DNA of 64,000 nt from Candidatus Heimdallarchaeota archaeon (GCA_030149205.1 JASBSB010000004.1:34058-98057), one strand, 5' to 3'; shown: positions 1-8,788, counted from the first letter of the stretch. Notes: a model not told the origin generated them from the letters alone. A program made the numbers and translations.

Positions 1-269
1 AGAGATTGTCCAGCTATATAAAGCCATGGAAAAAAAGACATTGCATAAACAAGCTTAACATCTAATCTAAGATATTTAACCCATTTATTTCTAAATTTAA
101 TTCTAAAATAGTACAAGCTATAGGTCTTGGAGATTATGAAAAATACAATAATACCCCACAAAACAATCTGACGGAGGGGATGTTCATAAAATAAATAGAC
201 TGGGTAGATCGTCAGGGTTAGGATGGTTCTCAAATAGAAATTTAATGAAACAAAGAGCTCTGTTTTCAT
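1..269 (-). CDS. NFxLRQ-family multi-pass membrane protein, partial (runs off window start); likely cognate partner of 273..1400
   Basis: Minus-strand frame opens with ATG at 267-269, 3 nt after the stop of 273..1400, and stays open to position 3. Translation begins MKTELFVSLNFYLRTILTLTIYPVYLF...ISKTYS and aligns with the N-termini of 13847..14614 (NFVLRQIMVLLFPIVLYF) and 20652..21431 (NFFLRQVIMLLFPIMLYI). Not in the ORF track because it lacks a stop within the window. Confidence 0.5.
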   Translation of the reverse strand, partial: MKTELFVSLNFYLRTILTLTIYPVYLFYEHPLRQIVLWGIIVFFIISKTYSLYYFRIKFRNKWVKYLRLDVKLVYAMSFFPWLYIAGQS

Positions 270-272
270 AAT

Positions 273-1400
273 CTACACCGCAGATGAAAATATTTTCAAA
301 GTCCAAGTGACTAATAGAAGGACGGTTGGTAAAACAATAGGAGATAAGAACTTTTTGTCCCCAAATCCTATTTTTGCCTGTGGGTCAGTTTTACCAAATT
401 TATCCATCAATGCATAGGTTACTACTTCTGAAACACCAATAACAGCCAACCATGAGTACATAATGGGTGTTAAGCTCGCATTTATCACATTGTCATAAAA
501 ATCATTCACTTGGGCTAAAAAGACAGCTAAAGTATATCCTACCTTTGCAGCTGGTGTATACTTCTGAGTTGATTGCTTTTCAATTACATCCCTTTCAATC
601 TTTTGATTTTTGCCTTTAAAAATTGTTTTTAAGGACTTTCCTGTTTCATAAATTAGAAAAGATAATGGTAGTATAAACTTCAATGCTGAGAGCCAGGCTA
701 ATAAGAGTTTATCAAATTCATCCAAGTCAGATTTCGTCCAAGGATTCAGGTTTCCAGGTGTGACTCGGTTCCTTTCTCGAATCATAATTAGAACACTAAA
801 GAGCAAAACAATAAGACCAGAAACCCGTCCAATCACTGAGCCTATCATCATGACCAAGGGCCCACCGGGCATCCAGCCAGTCTTCTGTGACAATGCTTGC
901 AAGATGTATCCTGCGTTAAGAAGGTTTAACCCAATTCCCTGTGCCCACACAAGGCTGTCGATGCTGTCTGTAGCGGGAGAGGGCGTCTCAGCTCCGAGCA
1001 CTATTTCAAGCAACACCTTGAGTAAATCCATCTCAATTGACTTTTGGCCAACACTCAGTCTTATAGTCGAGGTGCCCACGAGCAGCACATCAATGTTGAC
1101 AGTGACTCCATCAATGTACGATGTCACACCGACACCCGTTTGAGTTGTGACCGTGTGATGCCCAATGGACAGTTCTTCAGGCATCTGAAATATAGCTGTG
1201 ATCGTTTTTCGGATCATAGAAACCAGCGCTTCCATTATTGGTTTGATCACACTGTTCACAAGAAAATCACTAATTACCTTGACCCTAGGGACGTAAACAC
1301 CTTCCCTGAATACCTCTAGATTAATAAAAGAGTAGCTGTAGTCACTTTTACTTGTAAATGACTTCTGATGGAGGCAAGGATACACATATCTGATATACAT
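273..1400 (-). CDS. CxHQ-family hypervariable protein, short form with type-A C-terminal module (about 4 predicted TM segments)
   Basis: 375-aa ORF. The N-terminus MYIRYVYPCLHQ is shared with 6145..6579, 13205..13708, 19867..20238, 60719..61834 and 63700... Residues about 45-375 align with the C-terminal about 330 aa of 21424..23268 and 60719..61834 (VIKPIME.L, SLVWAQGIGL, NLNPWTK.DLDEFDKL, KFGK.DPQA). The conserved AAACTTAAATG element abuts the start at 1401-1425. Confidence 0.6.
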   Translation of the reverse strand: MYIRYVYPCLHQKSFTSKSDYSYSFINLEVFREGVYVPRVKVISDFLVNSVIKPIMEALVSMIRKTITAIFQMPEELSIGHHTVTTQTGVGVTSYIDGVTVNIDVLLVGTSTIRLSVGQKSIEMDLLKVLLEIVLGAETPSPATDSIDSLVWAQGIGLNLLNAGYILQALSQKTGWMPGGPLVMMIGSVIGRVSGLIVLLFSVLIMIRERNRVTPGNLNPWTKSDLDEFDKLLLAWLSALKFILPLSFLIYETGKSLKTIFKGKNQKIERDVIEKQSTQKYTPAAKVGYTLAVFLAQVNDFYDNVINASLTPIMYSWLAVIGVSEVVTYALMDKFGKTDPQAKIGFGDKKFLSPIVLPTVLLLVTWTLKIFSSAV

Positions 1401-1776
1401 TTAAGTCATTTAAGTTTATTGTACATGCTTACATTGTCGTTTCACCCAGATTTAAACGATTTACCTTTATAACAAATATCAAATCCTTTTGATTTATCGA
1501 GAAGTCCAGACTCAACGGAAGAAATAACTAAAGATTTCTGACAATTAAAATAGATCAATATAAATTTCCTGAATTAAATTTGTTATTCAATTTATAACAC
1601 CGCTTTTCTATTTTTTACACTGATAATTGTCCGCAAAAGTGTTAAATAATAGTATTTTGCAAAAATCCTTATTTGTTCTTTTGTTTGTTCTTCTGTATCT
1701 CTGCCTTTACAATTTTTGCATATTCAGGAGATGATAGCAAACCAAACAAAAAAATAAAAATTATTGCATTCCCTAA

Positions 1777-2277
1777 TTAGAAGAGAAATATACTAGATGA
1801 AAGATTACTGTTAAATGTACCAAAGATCAAAGTATACAGAAAATTGCCTGGGAGAGCATCACAGGTGTCAATGCTACTGTAAATGTTACAAGAAAGAATT
1901 GTCTGTCCCACTATCAAATAACCAAACTCTATCATGTAAACAGCTCCTAAAATCAGATATTTTGTTCTTTCTACTGAATTATCACCATTATCAAGGATTG
2001 TGGTAGAATAAAGCAAGAAAGATGATAAGATTAAAGCAAAGCCAAATGTTATACTAAATAGCACTATGGTTAAAGATAAAGACCCCCTATCCCTTAACTG
2101 CCAAATCCAAGGAAAAAATGAAGGTGTAAGAAGGACAGCAGGTAGGATCAGGGACCAGTTTAACCATCTTATCAGATGATTCTGCCAATACTCAAACCTT
2201 AAAATTCCTGTGAAGAAAGATGTGAGCAAAATCAGCAGAAAGATGAAAAGACTCAAATCTCTCAATAATCCAATCAC
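1777..2277 (-). CDS. hypothetical multi-pass membrane protein
   Basis: 166-aa ORF, strongly hydrophobic (about 5 TM segments). Lies in the operon-like string downstream of long-form gene 4041..4979 and overlaps 2274..2528 by 4 nt. Confidence 0.4.
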   Translation of the reverse strand: MIGLLRDLSLFIFLLILLTSFFTGILRFEYWQNHLIRWLNWSLILPAVLLTPSFFPWIWQLRDRGSLSLTIVLFSITFGFALILSSFLLYSTTILDNGDNSVERTKYLILGAVYMIEFGYLIVGQTILSCNIYSSIDTCDALPGNFLYTLIFGTFNSNLSSSIFLF

Positions 2278-2528
2278 CAGTAAATCACTCCATCATTAAT
2301 CCTTATATTGTGGAATTGATACTTTAAATATGCAAAATATCCTATCAAAAGGGCAATTAGTAAATTTAATGCATAGCTCATAGGTGAAAAAGCGGCTATT
2401 GAAGTTATTATCCCAGCTATGCTGTAGATAGCAATAAATGAAAAGTCTCCAATCATTGGACTCGAAATCTCAACTAACAAGTATGACACTTTAACATCAC
2501 CCTCGTTGATTTTCCTTTGGATAGACAA
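2274..2528 (-). CDS. small hydrophobic protein
   Basis: 84-aa ORF with two hydrophobic segments. Overlaps neighbours on both sides in a coupled arrangement. Short, so uncertain. Confidence 0.3.
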   Translation of the reverse strand: MSIQRKINEGDVKVSYLLVEISSPMIGDFSFIAIYSIAGIITSIAAFSPMSYALNLLIALLIGYFAYLKYQFHNIRINDGVIYW

Positions 2529-3654
2529 CCAAATAGACTGGTGGTAAGTTTTCCCTTTCTTTCACATATATGGCATATGGCATCCCATGATCATCAATTT
2601 CCTTAGGAATTGGGAGGTCAATCCCATCTATCTGTCCATACAGCTCAAATTCAGATCGAAGGGTTTCATCAAGTCCCTGATACTCTGTGACCAGAATATA
2701 TTTATAGTCAAGGGTTTGAAAGAACAAATCATCATTGAAATTTAATGGGTTATAGCGAAGATCTAATAGCAAACCTTTGTTTCCTTGGAAATCAGTTGAC
2801 ATGATTTTTGTGATATTGTTATGCTTTAGATCAAAATATCTTATATAATTACCATTGACCCCAAACCTTGGAACTTTGGTAAGAGTAAGGTGAGAAAGGA
2901 TCAGAACAGGTTCAGATTTGAACCTTGAGAATTTTAAGTATCGGACTATGATTGTGAGAATCCTGATTAGGGGAAAATAATAGTTTATCAAAAGAATTGT
3001 TTTGCTTTGATTTGCTGCCTTTGACTCATTTCTTGTGCTTAGAATGAAATCCCGCAATCTTATACTCTGAATGAAATCAATTTGTTGCTCAGCTAAAAAT
3101 TTTCTAAAGCTAATGCTATCTAACAATGAATTTTTCCAATAGAAATAAAGAATGACATCAAGGAACAAGATTGAACAACCGACCAAGAGAGAAATTTTTG
3201 TTAAGTCAATAGAAATTGTGGTTTCTTTAAGATATCTAAGTACCACAATAGTAACAATGACTGATGATACAGACATAAAGGTAATTAACACTGTCCAACG
3301 TGAATTAAAGATTGACTTGTAAAAGTTTAAAGGGGTTACGAGTGTTAGGGCAAATCCAAATGGTACCATGTAAATAGAGAAGAACATCATTATAAGATAA
3401 TAGGTATCCCCCCAGCTATACTGTATTAAAGAGAAACTCTGATTCAATGAAGCAGCACCAATTACTATAGTTTGAGCAACCACTTGCATCAGCAATGAGA
3501 GATTTAGTACGCGAAATTCACTAAAGTTTGAGATAAATGGATAGTCAGTCGCAGCATTTGAATTGATTCTGTTGTAGAAATCATTGATTAACGCAAAAGT
3601 GTAAAATTCCGAAAGATAGTCTGCTTCAATCTTAATAGGTTTTTGTCCATCCAC
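2497..3654 (-). CDS. hypothetical multi-pass membrane protein (partner-type gene of long-form cassette)
   Basis: 385-aa ORF with many hydrophobic helices. Sits directly downstream of 3660..4022 and 4041..4979 on the same strand. Confidence 0.5.
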   Translation of the reverse strand: MDGQKPIKIEADYLSEFYTFALINDFYNRINSNAATDYPFISNFSEFRVLNLSLLMQVVAQTIVIGAASLNQSFSLIQYSWGDTYYLIMMFFSIYMVPFGFALTLVTPLNFYKSIFNSRWTVLITFMSVSSVIVTIVVLRYLKETTISIDLTKISLLVGCSILFLDVILYFYWKNSLLDSISFRKFLAEQQIDFIQSIRLRDFILSTRNESKAANQSKTILLINYYFPLIRILTIIVRYLKFSRFKSEPVLILSHLTLTKVPRFGVNGNYIRYFDLKHNNITKIMSTDFQGNKGLLLDLRYNPLNFNDDLFFQTLDYKYILVTEYQGLDETLRSEFELYGQIDGIDLPIPKEIDDHGMPYAIYVKERENLPPVYLVVYPKENQRG

Positions 3655-3659
3655 TTTAC

Positions 3660-4022
3660 TTACCTCGTCATTATTGAGAAGCTCAGAAACCTTAAAAATA
3701 AATCAATTGTGTTTATCAAAAGATTGAGCTTTGTATCTGGAATGAGTGCATCCAAATTTGAATACTTTTTTGCTGCTTCCTTGAGCTTTTCTTCTGTACT
3801 TATGGTGAATCTCTCTGTTTTTGGAGTTTTTTCTCCAGTATTGATTATATTTATAAAGGTTAGTACTACTTCTTTCATGGATCCGATATAAGTTAAATCA
3901 CCACTCATTAATAAATTCTCTGCTGTCCCAACCCTAATACCTATCAAATGAGCAATAAACAAGACTGGATCCCCAATTATCAAATCTCTGTCTGCGATTA
4001 GTTTGTACAGGAATGAAAACAC
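3660..4022 (-). CDS. hypothetical soluble protein
   Basis: 120-aa ORF between long-form gene and membrane-protein gene. No recognisable motif. Confidence 0.3.
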   Translation of the reverse strand: MFSFLYKLIADRDLIIGDPVLFIAHLIGIRVGTAENLLMSGDLTYIGSMKEVVLTFINIINTGEKTPKTERFTISTEEKLKEAAKKYSNLDALIPDTKLNLLINTIDLFLRFLSFSIMTR

Positions 4023-4040
4023 CTTTGATTGAAATATTTC

Positions 4041-4979
4041 TTAAAATATCGGAAATAAGATAAGAGATATTACCTTGGTTGATTTGCTTTTGTCTGAGAG
4101 AAGCATTCCTCTATAATAAAACAGGTTGATCACAAACATTGTAAAATATACCCTTGCCAGGAACTGGTTGATAAACAGGAAGGTCATAGAGTTAAGGCTC
4201 GATTTCAGGAGTAGAGCGGTTGCCAATGCAGCAAACAGGTTTGAAACTGAAAGAGCAATCTGTATCCCTGTAGCCTTCGGCTTGTCTGTGCTGAGCAGTG
4301 GGTAGATCAACCAAAAGCTCACCATGTTCAGAGCCTCAATTATAAGAACTGAAAAGATGGTGAATCCAGCTGTCCGATAATCAATTAAAAGCGTCTCAAT
4401 TGATACAGCAACCTCAGAAAGCAGTTTGTTGAAGTTGATGACAAAAGAGTCAATCTGAAATTTAACATTGTCACCTGTCACAAGCATGGCGAAGCCTAAT
4501 TTTGTACCTGCGATTGATACTGTGGGAACTGCCCCTGAAGACCTTGTGACGTCAGGGAAAACGGCACTTAATAGTGAGAACAGACCATCTGTCAGGGTGT
4601 TAGTAAAGACCCCCAATACCTGAAGTATGACCTTAAAGACCTCTGCCATAATATAACTACCGGCCGCCTTGGTCCCGTCGACGAAGCTGGTGACGCCGTC
4701 CTTGATGGTCTGCAGGGCTGTGGTACTCATTGTCCAAAGCTTGCTGACAAAGTCCACCAGGGTCGCCCCAGGCTTGCCAATGATGCTCATCACCCACCGG
4801 TTCTGCTGCCAGCTGCCAGCAACATCAACGCACATCGTGATTAATCCATCATAGACAAAGTCAGCAAAGATCAGAGAAACAAAATTTGTTGGGTTCAACA
4901 AGTCTGCAATACTGTGGTTAGGCAGGATGAGTAAGGTCTCATAAGAGGTCTGGTGCATACAGGGTACTGGTCTGTTCAT
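4041..4979 (-). CDS. CxHQ-family hypervariable protein, long form (conserved 110-aa N-domain + unique hydrophobic C-terminal module)
   Basis: 312 aa. The N-terminus MNRPVPCMHQTSYETLLILPNHSIADLLNPTNF...MCVDVAGSWQQNRWVMSIIGKPGATLVDF...QTIKDGVTSFVDGTKAAGSYIM is almost identical to 10521..11930, 14611..14922 and the core of 21424..23268. The C-terminal 200 aa is unique with 4-5 TM segments. Own TATA promoter at 5011-5027. Confidence 0.65.
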   Translation of the reverse strand: MNRPVPCMHQTSYETLLILPNHSIADLLNPTNFVSLIFADFVYDGLITMCVDVAGSWQQNRWVMSIIGKPGATLVDFVSKLWTMSTTALQTIKDGVTSFVDGTKAAGSYIMAEVFKVILQVLGVFTNTLTDGLFSLLSAVFPDVTRSSGAVPTVSIAGTKLGFAMLVTGDNVKFQIDSFVINFNKLLSEVAVSIETLLIDYRTAGFTIFSVLIIEALNMVSFWLIYPLLSTDKPKATGIQIALSVSNLFAALATALLLKSSLNSMTFLFINQFLARVYFTMFVINLFYYRGMLLSDKSKSTKVISLILFPIF

Positions 4980-5007
4980 AAGTAAAAGTACAAGACCATT
5001 AAAGCTT

Positions 5008-5030
5008 CCCTTTATATAAATTTATCCTAC
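5008..5030 (-). promoter_or_regulatory. archaeal TATA/BRE-like promoter of long-form gene 4041..4979
   Basis: Coding-strand GGATAAATTTATATAAAGGG lies about 30 nt upstream of the ATG. The same GGATAAAYTTAT(A/T)(A/T)A element recurs upstream of the other long-form genes. Confidence 0.55.
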
Positions 5031-5290
5031 AGAAAGTGATCGGTAGAACAGAAGCTTGATCAAGTATATGTCCTGATGAAAAGAGAGATACAAAAATCTT
5101 TGACTATACAATGGAGTTGTTCCTAGCCTATAAGGATTGTAAGTAGTCACTTTGGAAGCTTAATAACGATATAAATCCTGTAGAAGTGAGAATTTTTGGT
5201 TAAAATAACTTCAGCCAAATACAATGTGAACTTATTCATTTATTGGTCTATTCAGGATCAAATTCTAATCACGTTCTACTTAAAAAAAAT

Positions 5291-6148
5291 TTACAAAAGA
5301 TTTTCCACAAAAGGATTATTGACACCCATTATTTCTTGCATGAGATACAAAATCTGTGTAGATAGTTCATGCTTTTTTATGAAATTTACTATAACACTCT
5401 CATTTTGTAGTAAAATGATTGGGGGATAGAGCTGATCCAAATATTCCTCAGTCACCTTCAATTTTGTATTAAAAACTTCTATAATCAAATGAGAGGTTGT
5501 GTTTGACTGCCTAAATTCTTTTATAACATCTTGGGAAATGTTTAGGTCTTCTATCGGATTGTTTGAGAGGCTTACAAACAATGTTGATTCAGGAAGGTGT
5601 AAAAGCCAATCTGAGGGGAGAATGGTCAATTTTTGGAATGCAAGGTTTACAAAATAGGGTAACTTTGATCTGTTGGGAGATAACAACGCACCATACCTCC
5701 CAATATATCTCAAAAATTGAATTGATTTTTGATAATCATCCCAGTCCTCCATCCGATTGCGATAAATTAGTGGAATACCTATAAATGCCAAAAAGAAATA
5801 CATCAGTGGGAAATAAACTCTAATCAATTGAATTAGCAAACCTTTCTCGAACACAGAGAAATTGGTTAAAAAATCTGGCTGGACAACCATGTATAAAACA
5901 AAATATCCCATAGCTCGCTTGGGGGACAATTCAATAGAAACTTTAATGTGTAAAACTGCGAGGAGTATGAAACTAATGAAGATTAAGAAAATTAAATTAA
6001 AGTACCAAACAAAACTATTGGGATTATTGGACAGATTAAACTCAGTTCCATAGGTTATAAAACTTAGAAATCCAACATCAACAGAAACAATGAATATTGA
6101 AATACCAAACCTGTTCCAATATCTATTAATTATATCTGAAATATTCAT
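5291..6148 (-). CDS. hypothetical multi-pass membrane protein, cognate partner of 6145..6579
   Basis: 285 aa and hydrophobic. Its start overlaps the stop of 6145..6579 by 4 nt (translational coupling). Confidence 0.5.
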   Translation of the reverse strand: MNISDIINRYWNRFGISIFIVSVDVGFLSFITYGTEFNLSNNPNSFVWYFNLIFLIFISFILLAVLHIKVSIELSPKRAMGYFVLYMVVQPDFLTNFSVFEKGLLIQLIRVYFPLMYFFLAFIGIPLIYRNRMEDWDDYQKSIQFLRYIGRYGALLSPNRSKLPYFVNLAFQKLTILPSDWLLHLPESTLFVSLSNNPIEDLNISQDVIKEFRQSNTTSHLIIEVFNTKLKVTEEYLDQLYPPIILLQNESVIVNFIKKHELSTQILYLMQEIMGVNNPFVENLL

Positions 6149-6579
6149 TGATGTTTCGCCACCAGATCTGCATAGACCACACTAAGTCTCAGGTGATAGA
6201 TTATGAACTTACAGATGCGAAAAATGCTTACTGGAATAGCAAAATTTACTGTAATTTCATAAACAAATTGTTGTGAAATCTTCTTTAGCAGGACTTCAAA
6301 CTCTTTAGTTGTACTCATAAACTCAATGAAATAAAAGCTTTGAAATGAAAAAATTGTTATTTTAATTAAATTATAGAAACAGACCATTACCTGCTCTAAA
6401 ATGGGTTTTAGAAGTTTATTCACTATATAATCCCCGACTCCCCTCACCTCGTTGACAGTAACGCAGCCCCTGATGGTCTGTTGGTTAATAGACCTGACAA
6501 TGAAGTCGCTGTGTGTTCCAATTCCAAAGGTTTCCTGATGAAGGCAAGGGTACACATACCTGATATACATTAAAACCAT
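6145..6579 (-). CDS. CxHQ-family hypervariable protein, short form (type-C C-terminal module)
   Basis: 144 aa. MVLMYIRYVYPCLHQETFGIGTHSDFIVRSINQQTIRGCVTVNEV, then a unique C-terminus. The upstream AAACTTAAATGG element is conserved. Confidence 0.6.
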   Translation of the reverse strand: MVLMYIRYVYPCLHQETFGIGTHSDFIVRSINQQTIRGCVTVNEVRGVGDYIVNKLLKPILEQVMVCFYNLIKITIFSFQSFYFIEFMSTTKEFEVLLKKISQQFVYEITVNFAIPVSIFRICKFIIYHLRLSVVYADLVAKHQ

Positions 6580-6690
6580 TTAAGTTTTTCTCACATTTAA
6601 GATGGGTTCACCCCTCTCCCATCATCACTGGAGAGTCTTTTTATAAGAACGTTCTAACATAATACAAGTACAACAATGAAGCAATACCAA
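6580..6690. repeat. about 105-bp direct repeat, copy 1 (copy 2 at 20239..20347)
   Basis: Near-identical to 20239-20347: TTAAAACCATTTAAGTTTTTCTCACATTTAAGATGGGTTCACCCCTCTCCCATCATCACTGGAGAGTCTTTTTATAAGAACGTTCTAACATA. Contains a CTCTCC-N10-GGAGAG hairpin. The repeat extends into the 3' end of 6641..7183. Confidence 0.7.
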
Positions 6691-7183
6691 GAATAAAGGT
6701 AAGAAGTGTAGCTAGGTTGGGAAATAGCCGTCTCACATCCTTGTGATACTCAGTTAATGTTGAATCATGGGTGAAATAAAGCTTGAGAAGAGCAACGAAG
6801 AGCAGATGGTCTTGCTGTGTCTTTAGATAAGTTATTGTGTCCTTTTCCAGTGGAAGTTTGTACTCAATTGATCCAGGTATAGTTATAACCATAATAAACA
6901 AGAAGCTGTAATAGAAGGGGTCATCAATGTAACCTTGAAATATCACAAGCATAACAAATATACCCCCAAATCCAAAAAATGAATAAATTAATGCATTGTT
7001 ATAGTACATAAATCGACCACGTCCTCTTTTAAGGTTTAAGTATGACTCAGAAAAAGAGTTATACTTCTGTAGCCCAATAAATCTTGAGAGCCTAAATTTC
7101 ATATAGCTGAGGCTATAAAACATAAGAATGACATAGATTGTATACAGCAATGAAATCAATATCCTGAGTAGCACTAAACTCAC
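6641..7183 (-). CDS. hypothetical multi-pass membrane protein (paralogue of 60012..60539)
   Basis: 180 aa. Aligns with 60012..60539 (SESYLNLKRGRGRF vs LESYLTLKRRNGRSF, similar TM layout). Starts 2 nt after the stop of 7185..7448, the same spacing as 60010/60012. Confidence 0.55.
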   Translation of the reverse strand: MSLVLLRILISLLYTIYVILMFYSLSYMKFRLSRFIGLQKYNSFSESYLNLKRGRGRFMYYNNALIYSFFGFGGIFVMLVIFQGYIDDPFYYSFLFIMVITIPGSIEYKLPLEKDTITYLKTQQDHLLFVALLKLYFTHDSTLTEYHKDVRRLFPNLATLLTFILGIASLLYLYYVRTFL

Positions 7184-7184
7184 C

Positions 7185-7448
7185 CTATTTCACCCTATTT
7201 TGTGCATCAGCCCAGAGGTATGTGTTAAGGAAGTGGTACCCAGTCAAAGAGATACCATACAGACACTTTATTGGTCCCATTCCATATGCAGATGGTTTCT
7301 CCTCTATATGTTCCTTTCCTACCTCAATCAGTGATTTTATTAATTTAACTGGACTTATAGAACCACCCAGCTTTGTCAACAAGCTGGGGAAGAGTGTAAC
7401 CGCAGCAAAACTATGAAGGAACACATATCCTTTATTACACCATATCAT
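7185..7448 (-). CDS. small family-related protein with soluble C-terminal domain (degenerate CxHQ N-terminus)
   Basis: 87 aa. The N-terminus MIWCNKGYVFLHSFAA resembles a decayed YVYPCLHQESF. The C-terminus EEKPSAYGMGPIKCLYGISLTGYHFLNTYLWADAQNRVK is reproduced in the truncated ORF 59888..60010. Confidence 0.45.
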   Translation of the reverse strand: MIWCNKGYVFLHSFAAVTLFPSLLTKLGGSISPVKLIKSLIEVGKEHIEEKPSAYGMGPIKCLYGISLTGYHFLNTYLWADAQNRVK

Positions 7449-7523
7449 TTAAATCTATTGTGCATAAAAATTCAGCTCGATAACTTTCAACAGGTAAATA
7501 AACTTATCAGAGAGTATACCAAG

Positions 7524-8000
7524 TTATGATGGGACTTGTTGTACATGAGATGGGGTATTCATCCTAAAATCTCTTGCTCTTATAACCCTTTGAATTAAAT
7601 AGAGAACCAAAATGATTAGGTAATAAGCGTAATTTGAAACAATAAAATTGGAAACATCATCAAGAAAATTCAATGGCTTTCCAGATACAACAAATGGGGT
7701 GTCCTTAAAGGGGTTAAACAGGAGAAAAAGCCCATAAAGAACCAGAAGATTCTGATAGACTATTTTAAAAATTTTCTCTGGTGTCAGCCTTCTAAGCTGA
7801 AGCGGATCCATCTTTCCTGTTGAAATTGAAAAGAAGATTATGATGAGAAGAATCTTTAGCCTGTAAGGAAACGGGACAAACAGATTCCACGTTCCAAACA
7901 AGACCAGAAGTAGCACAAAAACCCTTAATTTGTTAGAGGATGGGGATTGATCATTTTCAAACTCAGCATTGTTAAATGAGAAATCAACAAAAAATAACAC
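7524..8000 (-). CDS. hypothetical membrane protein
   Basis: 158-aa hydrophobic ORF in the same string as the 10521..11930 cassette. Confidence 0.4.
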   Translation of the reverse strand: MLFFVDFSFNNAEFENDQSPSSNKLRVFVLLLVLFGTWNLFVPFPYRLKILLIIIFFSISTGKMDPLQLRRLTPEKIFKIVYQNLLVLYGLFLLFNPFKDTPFVVSGKPLNFLDDVSNFIVSNYAYYLIILVLYLIQRVIRARDFRMNTPSHVQQVPS

Positions 8001-8030
8001 AAAAAGCTGAAATACTGTAAGCTCTATCCC

Positions 8031-8333
8031 TCATCGAAGCCAAAAAGGTGGGAGATTTCCTATATAGAGGAAAATCCAAACAGATTTTTTGGAAAGAACA
8101 TCCATATAAACATGATCATCAACTTCATCCTTCTCTTTCATTATTAAAAATAGTGAAATCAAAAGAGTAAAAAATATAAAGGACCCAAAAATTATTAAAA
8201 TAATGCCAATTGGTCTTAATTCTCCGTAGACTTTCACTGAGAACCAGTGATTTGAAACACCAAAAAAAATATAAATCTGTGTTAAGAGAACTAAAAATTC
8301 TCTGAGCCAAAAAACAATCTCTCTCTTCAACAT
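8031..8333 (-). CDS. hypothetical small membrane protein
   Basis: 100-aa ORF with two TM segments. Confidence 0.35.
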   Translation of the reverse strand: MLKREIVFWLREFLVLLTQIYIFFGVSNHWFSVKVYGELRPIGIILIIFGSFIFFTLLISLFLIMKEKDEVDDHVYMDVLSKKSVWIFLYIGNLPPFWLR

Positions 8334-8788
8334 CTCAATTCACCACCTGTTAGTAATGGATTTAAACACAAATATCTGGAGTAGGTAAAAAATTCCCAAG
8401 AAGACTGAAAGCATTTGTATTGCTCTAATGAACCCTTCATTTGTTGGATCAGTTCCTATCAATACTCGAGTTGTGAGTCCACTTACTCCCATTGCAAAGA
8501 GGCTTAGTATCATTGGTACGGTAAGACCTGTATTGAAAATGTCTGATATGATACTTAGACCTGAAAGTGAGGCTGTTTTCTGTTTCTATTGTTAAAATTG
8601 GTTGATGGACACAGCTATGCATAGAACTATTAACCAACGTTGCCATATATAGTTTTCCCATAACCCTTTAGGGTACTGTTAAAACCATAGAGATCGAATA
8701 CTTCCACAGTGCACAATTTGTTCGAATTAGATGTGACCTCTTCATGCTAGGTAGAGGGGGACTGTAAGACTCCTGCTATTAAACTAAC

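Noticed and set aside
760-1319. Plus-strand ORFs 760..1143 and 1044..1319 inside 273..1400. Similar antisense ORFs sit at 4669..4854, 11602..11805, 13382..13702, 21668..22072, 22160..22612, 22624..22815 and 22925..23155.
   Set aside because: All lie antisense to long, family-conserved minus-strand genes. The GC-rich conserved segments simply lack stop codons on the opposite strand. No independent conservation or start context.
6611-6640. CTCTCC-N10-GGAGAG hairpin as a transcription terminator of 6641..7183
   Set aside because: On the transcribed (minus) strand no T-run follows the hairpin. Archaeal termination usually relies on oligo-T tracts alone. It is kept only as part of the direct-repeat finding.
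8449-8661. ORF 8449..8661 (70 aa) and surrounding region 8400-8780
   Set aside because: Low-complexity translation, no start context, and it lies in a spacer between membrane-protein genes. Not supportable as a gene. Not convincingly an RNA gene either.
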